Shown here: piece after piece, positions 52,890-64,000 of the stretch
Position numbering within the stretch: position 1 is the first letter of the stretch
Layout: each line of letters begins with the position of its first letter
Notes under the pieces: model-generated
Told to the model about the DNA's origin: nothing
What the model saw: the letters and a program-made list of their open reading frames with translations, nothing else
Database searches by the model: none
From: Lama glama
Lineage: Eukaryota
DNA: 64,000 bases
Direction: 5' to 3'
Assembly: GCA_028534125.1 (NCBI GenBank)
Contig: CM052816.1
Span: 70,682,001-70,746,000, forward strand
Translations under genes and position numbers: made by a program

Positions 52890-53139
52890 CAGGTTTTCTC
52901 AGCTTTGGCACTAGTGACGTTTGGCCTGAATAACATTTGGTTGGTGTGCATTTGTTTGGGGTACGGCGAGGGGCGGTGGCAGTAGGGTGTTTGGCAGCAT
53001 GCCTGGCCTCTACAAACTAGATACCAGTGGCACCCCCCGCCCATCCAGTTATGACAACCAAAATATCTCCAGACTTTGCCCATGTCTCCAAGGGGGAGAG
53101 AGGGAAGGTATGGGGGAAAAAGTTGTTTGAGAACCACAG
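52890..53139. mobile_element. MER20 hAT-Charlie DNA transposon
   Basis: CAGGTTTTCTCAGCTTTGGCACTAGTGACGTTTGG...CCTGGCCTCTAC...TAGATACCAGTGGCACC...GACAACCAAAATATCTCCAGAC...TTGAGAACCAC. Confidence 0.88.
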
Positions 53140-53457
53140 AGAGATGGATGTTTGTGTAGGGAGATTCTTTGAGTAATTTCTGATTATATCAAGAGATGGT
53201 TTATTAGGTTTAAGGTGATAGTTTTGATTTTGTTTTAAGATTAAAAAGACAAAAAAACCCCCAAAAACCTCTGTATGCCCTTTCCAGAATAAAAAATGGT
53301 GTCTTTCTAGCATTTCTTCACTGTCACCTACTTTAGAGTGGCATCAGTAATGAACACACAGTCTGCACCCCTACAGCTTCATGAACACCCTTGAGTGGGT
53401 GCTTCGGGGTATTCTGTCTTGTTCAGGATGCTTGTTGCAAATAAAAGTCATGAGGAG

Positions 53458-53545
53458 GGGCTGCTCTTCTTTCTGAGATGGACCTCATTCTATGTATGGA
53501 ATGTGTATCTCTCTAAATAAACTTGTTTTCACTTTTAAAAAAAGA
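53458..53545 (+). mobile_element. Polyadenylated ERV-LTR-like 3' fragment inserted with L1-type TSD
   Basis: TSD AAAAGTCATGAGGAG (53443-53457) / AAAAGCCGTGAGGAG (53546-53560); AATAAA at 53516-53521; A-tail from 53537. Confidence 0.7.
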
Positions 53546-53980
53546 AAAAGCCGTGAGGAGAGTCTGCAGGTTCAGGAAGAAAAATAAATGGCAGTCCAAC
53601 AGTGCACGCGCCTCTGTTCCTATGTGTCCCCTCTGCCCCTGCCTTTTCCCTCCTGCCTTAAACACACCAAAGCCTTTTAAAAATTATTCTTTACTTCTCC
53701 AATTGTAATTGCCAGGAGCTACTATGCAAAAGGTTTTCAAAAGCTTCTCTGATGGAATCCAACAACTTGCTGACGGAGTTAAGATCAATTCTTCCCCACC
53801 TTCATCAGACTGGTTTCCTCTATAGCCAGTCCTGGGGTCAAGTGCTGCACCAGTTTCATCTCCTGTAATCCTCACGAAAGCTGGAGGAAGTCAGAGCTTT
53901 CCTTCTCCCAGAGAAATCAGGTAGCTCAGGTGGTTTGCTCAAGGTCAAACCGATAGTAAATGACACAGCTGCATCTAAAA

Positions 53981-54197
53981 CAAGGGCCCACCGACTTTTT
54001 CTGTAAAAGGATCAGGTAGGAAATATTTTTGGTTTTGTGGGCCACATGACTTCTGTCACAACTGCCCAGTTTAGCTGTTGCAGTGTAAAAGTAGACACAG
54101 AGACAATGTATATGAGGGTGGCTGTGTTTCTAATAAAACTTTATTAATAAAAATAGTGGCTTAATTTGGCCTGGGGGCTATCACTTGCTGACCCTAG
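53981..54197. mobile_element. MER58A hAT-Charlie element
   Basis: CTTTTTCTGTAAAAGGATCAG...TTTTGTGGGCCAC...GTGGCTGTGTTTCTAATAAAACTTTATT...TTGGCCTG...TTGCTGACCC. Confidence 0.88.
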
Positions 54198-57100
54198 GTC
54201 TAGCATGCTGGTTGATTCTCTCCTACGCTGTACTGGTATTAAAGGTGAACTAGACCATAAAATGTGCCCTCAGGCTTCTCTGTAGCATTGTTGTTGTCAA
54301 GTTGCTAGAACATACAACGCAAGGGGAGGGATGCTCTTGAATCCAAATGAACACTGTAGCTAGAATGTGTTAGGTGGTGCTTCCCCTCTAAACATGGGTG
54401 GCAGCTGTTCAACCTGCAGGCAAACTAAGAGCATCAAATGAGCAGAGTTGCCTTAAATCTTTTCCATCCACATTCCAAACAAATGTATTCTCCAACCTAG
54501 TGCACCTTGTCGTCTGTCAGCTTGTTATTGGACAGTTTTGACACGATAGTTTATAAGTCTTTCAATACTCAATAGTTGTCTATCTACCCGACAACCCCCT
54601 GGGTTAGAACAGAGAACAGAACGAACAGCACGGTAACTCCAGCAGGGCTATAGCCATCTGAAATTCTTACGTAATTCAGTGTGAGTCTGTCACTGATAAT
54701 GTATGTGACAAAAATATTTTTATCTCCTTGTTTTGGCAAATACTCGGCCATTTTGTGAGGTTTTTTTTGTTGAACATTTGTCAGCCTTGCGAATAGTTTA
54801 TGAAGTTCAACATGCCTGAAAAAGTGATTTTTGCTGCACAAAATTCATGTAGTCTCAACTAACCCTGCACAAACAAGTGCTATTCTGCCCCTTTCCTGCT
54901 CTTTTCTGCCTTCTACTGCTTCCTACCTCGGAAGAGTAAGAGAATACAGACCCCACCAGTAGAAAACACCTTCTAGGTTCCTGAACCACCCAGCAACCCT
55001 CCGAGGGTTTAAATCCAGCTCCTGCTGACTTGATTTAGGCTTTGAGCACGTGAACTAGGACAGCGGTCAAGGCTGTGTATAAAAAACAGTTGGGTGCAAA
55101 GGCAGTGCCAGAGAGGCAGGTAGGCGCAGAATTCTTCAGCCTGGGCTCCATCCCCCACGCTATGTACCCTAGGTTGCAAATACCTTTTCCTGTAGGAAGG
55201 GCATTCTTCTTCCAATGCGTCTTTCCTGGTGGAGATGCCTTTTCAATTACATCCCTCCAGATGGGGAGATAGACAATAGCAGTGGTCTTGGTTAGAATTA
55301 CTGTAGCTTACTATCCTTTTGCTGAGTTATTGTTGTGCCTTTATGATTTCTGGTGGTGAAATCTGGTTCTACTCTTCCATACCCTCCTTTCAGTGGAAAC
55401 TTTATGACTTGGTGTTTTTAATGGAATCAGCAAAACTTGCTGTTGGTGAAATAGCAATGGGGATAAGTATATTGAGTTGTATGCTCTATATTCAACTTGG
55501 GTCCTTGGGCAATATTATTCATGGGCATGCGAATTGTGTGACTATTTACACACACTGAGTAAAATTTAGATGAAACCTTTTAAATATATGGCACCTTTTT
55601 GCTTTTCATGGAATCTAGTTTATAGGTCAGGAAATAGCTTTCTGGGAAGGATATCTCTTAGCTCTTAGAAAATTTAGAGAGTACAACTCTGAGGACGTTT
55701 TGGACTTGCTTTGGGAAAAGATTCAGGTTCATTTGCTTTTGAGAAAGCCCTCTGAACTATGCAGACCTCAAAAACATGAAACATGACGCTGAAAATAACA
55801 TGAGGGAGGGAATCCTCCTGAGGTTTTTGATACTTCCTGCCCTAGTCAGGCCATAAATAACATAAAAGAATAATGCCTTTGGTATTTGAACACTTCTGTG
55901 TTCAGTCTTAAAGTTAACTGGAAGTACAGAGGTCTGAGAAAAATGTGGGGTCTTTATAATGGGCATGAACTGAAGATGTGATTTGAGAATTGTGTAAACT
56001 TTGGGCTTTGCTATTAATACTCAAATTTTACATGTGGTTCCACTAAGAGCTTCTCCGCTAGACTTTACTCTTAATTGGTTTGAAACTAGTAAATTCATAT
56101 ACATGAGAGAAAGTTTAAGGAGACAAACTTTCTCTCAGGCTTGTCTGTCGCAAAAGTGTATGGCAATACTGATGATTTTTGTGAGTATTTAACCAGTGGT
56201 GTAGCAAAAAGATGTTACTGGTAGTTTCCTCAAGAAATATTTAGCTAGATGCCCCTACACATACATAAAGAAGCAAAACCAAATTTCATTGCTCTGACAG
56301 CTTTAAGAAAATTACATGGAAAGAATTGTTCATATTTATTGGTTGATTTGTTTAGTGCATGAGTTGAAAGTTGACAGATTTCTGGCCTTGATAAAATTTT
56401 AACTCTGGTCCCAGTTCCTGAGACTGGGAAAGAGTAACTGTTCTTTGTTCCTCAATAAGTATGTTGCCAAGAGCTGAATTCTAATGTGAACTTATAATTA
56501 GATGTTGAAGTGGTCTAATAAATATGGTCTTAGAGGTGGGGAAATATCTGTTGGATTAATGTCAAAAAGGTTTGTGTGTATTCACATGTGTGTGGTTTAA
56601 TGTAGAGCTGTGAACTTGTGCAAAGGATATTGATACCTTTGTAAAGTAAATCACACAGTAAATCTCTTGCCCCCACCCCATGCACCCCCCCCCACACACT
56701 CACTTTTCTTATAAGGGGCACCTTCCTTCCTCCTGAGCTTCTATTGTAAGTTGAAAGTCCTACTCAAGGGTACCTATTATAATTCTGCCTAAAGCATGTG
56801 CAGATAAAACTTTATGTCACTAATATCAGGACAGTTGACTCTAGAAAGCCTTCTTATGGAAGGCTAGGTGGTGGTTGCTGTTTTAAACCTGACAATGAAG
56901 AGTCTGGAGGGCTGGCTGGTCCCATTAGTCAGACTCCGCAGGACATATTGAGGTGCGCCATATCCCTGAGAACTCTTTTTAAGTCAAAGAGTTAAATACT
57001 TTCATGCCTTCCAAAATTGCTTCTGTGGATTTTAAGATACATTCCTTAATATTTTACGAAAGAAAAGCAGCCAAAATATTCTTAAAAATAGCTACTGGAC

Positions 57101-59178
57101 TCTTTGTCTATATAAGTTATAATTGGTGGTGTTTTTGTGGGAAAAAGACTCTTAATTCCCATCCCACAGCTGTAAAGACAGACGGACAGAAAGGAACTAA
57201 TTTACAATCTCTGGATGAAAGCAAACACACCCATTCAGGAGAGACAATCAGAAAGAAGTCATACCTGATGGCATGCCTTTCTCTCAGTTCTGTTGTGCCT
57301 TTTGATTTTTTAAATTTATTTTACCTTTTTTCATTTTCAAGGGAAGGAAATGGTTTATTTAATGGCAGCTGACTGCAGAATAGGTCTTGAAAATTTTTTG
57401 CTTGTTCGTCTGTTTTCTCCCCCGACTCAGTTAATTTCACTCAGCACCTTATTATTACTCAAACCATATTCCAGTCCACTGTCTGTCACTATTAACCTTA
57501 CTTTTCCAGAAGTACTCTTGACGTCCTGTATAATGCATCACATACAGCTGTGAATGCCTCCAAGGGTGGTTACCGAGGCCTTTCTAAATAGAGTATTAAC
57601 CTATAATTACATGAGATCAAACAGTTTAGATGGGAACAGACATCCTAAGATGTTCGAAATTCTGATTGAAGCAGTCTTTTGAAGATCAGTAGTTAAAAAG
57701 ATAGCTCAAACCCAGCCTGTACCAAATGTCATGTCAGAATTAACGGGAGTACACAAGCACCTGGATTCCAGGCACAAAGGGAGAAAGTGTTGCTGATAGC
57801 GTTGGAAAGGGCCATCGGGGTTCTGCTGTCGACCTTGGAGGGTGTAACCACAGTGTACATGCCAGTTCTGAAGCAGTTGCAACTTGCCTGAAAAATGTGG
57901 CTTCCTGACATCCACCAACATGAAGGAGTAACAAGTAAAAATGAAAATGAGAATACAAATTACATTCATTTCTCAGGGTACATTTTTGTATGTGACTGAA
58001 TTCACATTGAGTTTCTTCTCTTTTTCTTTTTTTTAAACTCCTCTCTCCCCTAAACTTAACTTGGAAAATAGAAACCAATCGTTTTAGAAGTTTGGCTGCA
58101 TTAGCCCTTTCCTTCACAGTGTTTCAGGCAGGTTGTGGAGCCAATCCTGGACACACCCTTTTCCTCACATTTCCATCCAGTTTTCTCCTTGAGGGACTTT
58201 GTAATTTGTTGGGCAGAGGCGGTATAGAGGGCTTCTCCACTTTTATTTATATATTTGCTCTATTGATCAGCTTTGGTGCCATAAATCCAGGGACATAATA
58301 GAATGAGAGTTTTAGACTCAAATAAATGACTTCTATTTGACTCACTTTTTTAGGTTAAGGTTATAAGAAGTCACTGTTAAAATACACACATCTTACCCAG
58401 GATAGACAAGCTGCTGACAGATTTTTAACCCATTATAGAGATGGTTTAGATGGCTTTTTGATTGTTATCATGGAGAGCAGAAAGGAGAAACTAGAGAGTC
58501 TTGAATACAATTCAGTCTATTTTGACAAGAGATGGGAAGAGGGAGGAAGAAGGGCATAGCCACATCGAGGGGTGAGGTTCTTTGTGGTTTGTCCGAGAGA
58601 GATCTGGGGGCCCTGAACATCCAGAGGATAACAATGAGATGCTGGGGCGAGGAAGGAAATGCTGATGTCAGCTTACCTAACTATGGGATTTTTTTTTTTT
58701 AATGGAGCTAGCACAGCCTAGAAGACAGGAAATTGTCTCTGTGCAGTTAGTTAACTCTAGCCGTGTTAATGGAAATAATTTGGTTTATTACTGTAATAAC
58801 TAACAACAAAAATGCCTTACATTATATAACCTTTTACAATTTATAAGGTAGTCTCAAAAATACTCTGATTTGAGTCTAGCAATGACTCTGGAATGGACTA
58901 TTATACCCCTTTGGGGGGATAAAATGAGGAGTAGAGAGTGTAATTATCTGTTCAAATTTTTGTAGCTAAGGAAAAATAGGGCTTCCTATTTAAAAAAATT
59001 TTTATGTATATTAAACTTTAGATAATTGATAAATAAAGCAAGTAGGAAAAAAGGGAAAATACAGAATTTCACTATGGAAAGAAAATCATTATTAATATAT
59101 TTATCGTTTCCTCCCAGTCCTTTAAAAATTTCTTTTTAATGAAAAATTTTTGTATACATTTTTTGTTATTCCATATAA

Positions 59179-59662
59179 TGTGTTAATCGCTTCCCATTTA
59201 CTCTATTGACAAGGAAGGGATCCCCACCCTGGGCTTATAAGGACGGCAGAATACATGACACCCAACACTGGATGGATGAGGTTGACAGCAGTTTATTAGT
59301 CATATAAACTCACAGCCCAAGGGACGAGGACACTACAACATGCAGGGCTACACAAGCATTTCACTCAGGAACAGAATGAGCACCCACGAGCTGTGCAAGG
59401 CAGGCTTTGTGGTACCTTAAGGGCGGGGCACCCCCGAGTTCCTGTGGGAGGATGTGCCTGCTTATTTGAATAATTCTGTTAAACTCATTATTCAGTGGTA
59501 AGCAGGAAGGCACCTGGTCCCCTTGCTAAAGAGGGTTGTTTGGCTAGGAATAACTTACATGTGAGGGCAGAATGTGGAGGGGAACTAGGCTATTCTAGGC
59601 CTTCCTGAGTTCACTGGCTGTCAAGGCAGAACATAATATTGGGTCTTAGTTTTAGGCCTCAT
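59179..59662 (-). mobile_element. ERVL-type solo LTR (MER54/74/88-like group) within old L1-like sequence
   Basis: Minus strand begins TGAGGCCTAAAACTAAGACCCAATATTATG, has poly(A) signal GACTAATAAACTGCTG and ends GCGATTAACACA; subfamily uncertain. Confidence 0.75.
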
Positions 59663-61065
59663 CCTGCATCTTCAGGACAACATAATATTCTGTTAGATAA
59701 GTTGAATTTTTCCAGATGTTTATAATGTAAATAATACCCTGATGTCTATCTTTGTGCATAGTTTCAGTATCAGTTAATGTTTTCCTATTTATTAATAGAT
59801 TCTCAAGAGGAAAATACTAAGTCAAAAGATGTGATAGTTTGGTTTCTTGATACATATACCCAAATTCCTTTGAATCAAAACTTCTGGTGTAAGTTTAAAA
59901 CTTTCTACTATACCACATAGTTTCTGCCAATGACTGTGAAAATGAAGGACTTTAAAAATAACTTATTATTTAAATCACTGTCCATGAAGTTTATGTAACA
60001 GCTTCCTGGAATCCAAATGCCTGATCTACCAGGTTGAGGTTGGCAGAGAGAACATCAAGGACAAATTCTTTTCAACAAAAATAACACTTAATGAAGCACT
60101 AGCGTAATCTTAAGAAAAAATAGATCATAAGTTTTAGTCAGATTTCAACATAGAATATTTGCAAAATCTTTTTAAAAAATAGATTCTGATGTATCTAGAA
60201 CTGATCTCTTCATTAACATTAATAACCAATAGCTTTTACTTTGTCTCCCTGGAATTGTTCATGTTGAATTTTGAAAGAGAACAAATATGTTCTAAAACCT
60301 CAAAATGCACATAGACACGCTATACATTAAATACATACTTGAATGTTACTTAAAGAATGAATATTGTATATGTAAAGTACAATTTAGGGTTTAGTTTCAC
60401 CAATAGTAATAAAAATCTATCAAAATAACTATAAAAATTCTTAGCAACATCATGAGTCAGCTCAGTAGAAATGAAATAAAGATTGAAAATGTATAAAATG
60501 GTGTTATTATAATGAGAAAGCATAGTTAAATTCTTGTGACTCTAAAAAAATTTTTTATTAGTATAAATTATTTAAATATGTAGAATCTATGAGAAAAAGA
60601 AGTACCTATATTAAAAATAGTACTTAAGCTACTCCCAATGGAACTGAGAAATATTTACATGATTATATTTCAGTAATTATCCTCATACCCGTATAGTATA
60701 GTATAGTATAGTATTTCCCATTCATTTCTTTAATGCTAAGTTAATCCAAATTTATACTTACAAATACATTTAGTGAAAAGCCTGAATTATGTGATATTTA
60801 AATTAAATGCAACTTGATTTTTTTCAAATAATGAGTTTTTACATATCACTGGTTTTTTAATAACTTTGATACTTAAACTAAAAACACACATATGCACAAA
60901 TAAATAAAGGACGTGTAGCAACAAACTTAAAAATTACAGAATTCATATTCTTTTCCTAGGGATGAAACTTCAGGCCCTTAGGCCACCTCCTATTTATTCA
61001 AAATTAAATGTAAAATGAAGCTTTGCAATTTAATGTACCAATTTATACAGTAAATAGCAATATAG

Positions 61066-61620
61066 TTATCTAGAAAAGACAGGAAGTCTAATTTTAAAAG
61101 ATACACACACCCCAACATTCATAGCAGCACCATTTATGGTAGCCAAGATGTGGAAGCAACCTAAATGTCCATCAACAGATGACTGAATAAAGAAGATGTG
61201 GTAAAGATATACACAATGAAATATTACTTGGCCAGAAAAAGGAATGAAATAATGCCATTTGCAGCAACCTGGATGAACCTAGAGTTTATCATACTAAGTG
61301 AAGTAAGTCAGACAGGGAAAGACAAATATCATATGATATCACTTATATGTGGAACCTAAAAAATATGACAGAAATTAATTTATCTACAAAACAGAAACAG
61401 GCCCACAGACATAGAAACAAATTTATGGTTACCAAAGTGGAAAGGGGCAGGGAGGGATAAATTAGGGATTTGGGATTAACAGTTACATACTACTATATAT
61501 AAAACAGATAAACAACAAGGACCTACTGCATAGCATAGGGAACTATATTAAGTATCTTGTAATAACCTATAATGGAAAAGAATCTGAAAAATAATATATA
61601 TGTGTATGTATATATATGTG

Positions 61621-61663
<43 letters not shown>

Positions 61664-61722
61664 CCAGATCACTTTGTTGTACAACTGAAACACTGCAAAT
61701 CAACTATACTTCAATAAAAAAT
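61066..61722 (+). mobile_element. L1 3' portion (end of ORF2 plus 3'UTR)
   Basis: ATGTGGAAGCAACCTAAATGTCCATCAACAGATGA...GGAATGAAATAATGCCATTTGCAGCAAC...CAACTATACTTCAATAAAAAA; TSD AATAGCAATATAG (61053-61065) / AATAGCAGTGTAG (61723-61735). Confidence 0.95.
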
Positions 61723-61821
61723 AATAGCAGTGTAGACCAGTACAATAGATGGTCTGTTTTCTGAAGTATCTGGGATTGTAGTTTTTCTGTGTTTATTTTA
61801 TTTTTGAGTATGTTGAATCTT

Positions 61822-62116
61822 TTTTTTTTGAATTATAGTCAGTTTACAATGTTGTGTCAATTTCCAGTATAGAGCACACATTTTCAGTTATACATGAATG
61901 TACATATATTAATTGTGGCTTTTTTTTTTTCACTGTGAGCTACCACAAGATCTTGTTCGTCCCTGGAGAATCTCATTCTAAGTGAAGTAATTCAGAAAAA
62001 GAAAGAAAAATATCATATGAGATTGCTTATATGTGGAATCTAAAAAAAAAAAAAGACAAAAAGAAAGAAAAAGACAAATGAACATGAAACAAAACAGAAA
62101 CAGACTCATAGAAATA
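61822..62116 (-). mobile_element. 5'-inverted (twin-primed) L1 with perfect 16-bp TSD
   Basis: TSD GAGTATGTTGAATCTT at 61806-61821 and 62117-62132; L1 tail on the minus strand to ~61955, upstream L1 segment on the plus strand from ~61962. Confidence 0.9.
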
Positions 62117-62509
62117 GAGTATGTTGAATCTTGAATGTCTTATAAGAGAGAAACAGTGTTGCACATCTTATAGAGTATAATGCTTGATCTTCTAAATGAT
62201 GGCCTTGTGTTGTCAAGAAATTATTTTTGAATTAACATTTTAAATAGGCTGTCTGTAAGAGGAAACTTGTGAACATACAGCAAATAATTCCATTAAATTC
62301 TTATAATGGTAATTCTTCCCTATCTGGAAAATTCATATGTACTAGATGTTTTTTCCCACATGATATTTGACAAATGTTTTTCCCTCTATATTATACATGT
62401 TTTAAACATAGATGCAATACGGATTTCAATATAATTGTGTAAAGATAGAGTATTTTATAATATATGCTATAATTATCAAAGGCCTATGTTATGGTATATA
62501 TTCCAAGTT

Positions 62510-62875
62510 TTATATTTAATGAGAATTTTGTCTCCCCTAAATTTATATGTTGAGGCCCTAACATACAATGTGATTGTATTTGGCGACAGGACCTTTATGG
62601 AAGGAATTAAGGTTAGATGAGGTCATAAGATCTTACCATCCTTTTAAGAAGAGACGCCAAAGAGTTCTCTCTCTCTCTCTTCCTCTATTTCACTCTCTCT
62701 GCTACTTAAGGACACAACAAGAAGACAGTGTCTGCAAAGTAAGGAAGAAAGCTTTCACCTGACCTTAGCCATGCTTGTGTACAGATCTTGGATTTCTAGC
62801 CCCCAGAACAGATCTCTGTTGTTTAAACCACCCAGTCTAAGGTATTTTAGTATGGCAGCTCAAGCTGACTAAGAA
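62510..62875 (+). mobile_element. MaLR solo LTR (MLT1A-like)
   Basis: TGTCTCCCCTAAATTTATATGTTGAGGCCCTAAC...GTATTTGGCGACAGGACCTTTA...GATGAGGTCATAAG...CTGTTGTTTAAACCACCCAGTCTA...TATGGCAGCTCAAGCTGACTAAGA. Confidence 0.9.
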
Positions 62876-64000
62876 AGTGTGTATCAATTGTAAGTGTCAT
62901 AGGTTCTGAATTCAGAGGGCCTCATAAATTAGATTATTTTTAGTCATTATGAATAAATAATATATGTTTTCATAACCTTTTATAAGCATGATTTATCCTC
63001 TTAATGCTCCCTAAAGCTTTGTGATAATATCTTATTCCCAAGAAAACTTCACTTTATAGAAATTTGTTTATTTGTTGGCTGATTCACGTCACGGGCTGAG
63101 TCATAACTAGAGGGCAGTGACCCTTATTGAATATATCTGAAAATATTTCTTACTCAAACACACTAAAGCTTACCTAAATTTAAATGCAGCTGAATGGTCC
63201 GATAATAAGTATTAATATAATTTATCTTTGCTATTATAGCTATAATCACAGTTTCCCATATACTATGTAAAGCCTCAGAATTCTCAGCTATGAGCTTCTG
63301 CACAACCCATTTGTTAACAATAAGGTCACAAATATAAGTGCAAGAGTACAGAAAGCACAGGATGCATGCAGACACAGTGATGGACCTTGTCTGCTTGTTT
63401 TCTTGAAATGCACACTTCACGATTTTGAGCAGAATCTCAAGACATTTCACCACTACAACCTTTGAGTCCAAAGTCTGATTTTCAGAACGGACTTCTTTGC
63501 GGAGGAGACAACATGACGCAAGGCAGAGCCCTCCAGGCCAGAAATTGGGAGGCTTCAGTTCTTGCTTATGCTGTGTTGCTAGTGAGGTCTGTGTCCTTGG
63601 GTGAGGTCTTTAGCCTGTTTAGGCCTTCATGTCCTCACTCATAGATAAATACGTTGACCTGAGTCAGAGATTTTCGAACAGATCTCCATGGGGTGGGAGG
63701 CTGGGTGGGGTTAGACACCGTGGGGCTCTGCTCTTCCCGTTCTTTAAGCCAGAAACTCTGGTTTTATCTCCTAGGATTTCTTTAGGAGAAGGAGCTCTCG
63801 TTTTGTTTATTTAAGTTTTTCAGTGACTGAGCTTGATGACTTCAAATGTCTTTTTATAAAAAAAATTATTACTTGTAAGCAATTCTCTGATTCTGTATTT
63901 ATATTAATATCACAGCTGAACTGCTTAGATGATGGCCTTCTCCTAAATATCCATTTAGGCTAAAATATCATTATCTAAATTCAACACGTTATCATGTATT

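Noticed and set aside
57706..58117. Three overlapping minus-strand ORFs
   Set aside because: No recognisable domain; explicable by local GC-richer, stop-poor composition, possibly an LTR remnant.
1..64000. CRISPR arrays, operons or prokaryotic defence-type systems
   Set aside because: The sequence is clearly mammalian. The direct repeats found are pairs explained as TSDs or local duplications, not repeat-spacer arrays.

Overview
AT-rich, CpG-depleted mammalian genomic DNA with one 500-N assembly gap (7393-7892). It is most likely camelid (camel/alpaca/llama), inferred from a tRNA-Ala-derived Vic-1-like SINE and young L1 3' ends of camelid type. I cannot identify a protein-coding gene. The ORF track consists of short chance ORFs, L1 remnants, microsatellite read-throughs and N-gap artefacts. 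The window is intronic or intergenic and dense in transposon fossils (L1, L2, L3/CR1, MIR, MLT1/ERVL LTRs, hAT MERs). Repeat family names come from my recall of consensus sequences, not from a search, and boundaries of old repeats are approximate. I found no evidence of a new multi-gene biological system. The best-supported unusual features are retrotransposition products readable directly from target-site duplications (TSDs): an L1 3' transduction with a 32-bp TSD, a twin-primed inverted L1, a polyadenylated LTR-like retrocopy, and an orphan polyadenylated insertion. There are also two local duplications, one of which doubles a perfect PBX/MEIS site, and tentative splice signals suggesting divergent transcripts starting near 37-39.4 kb.
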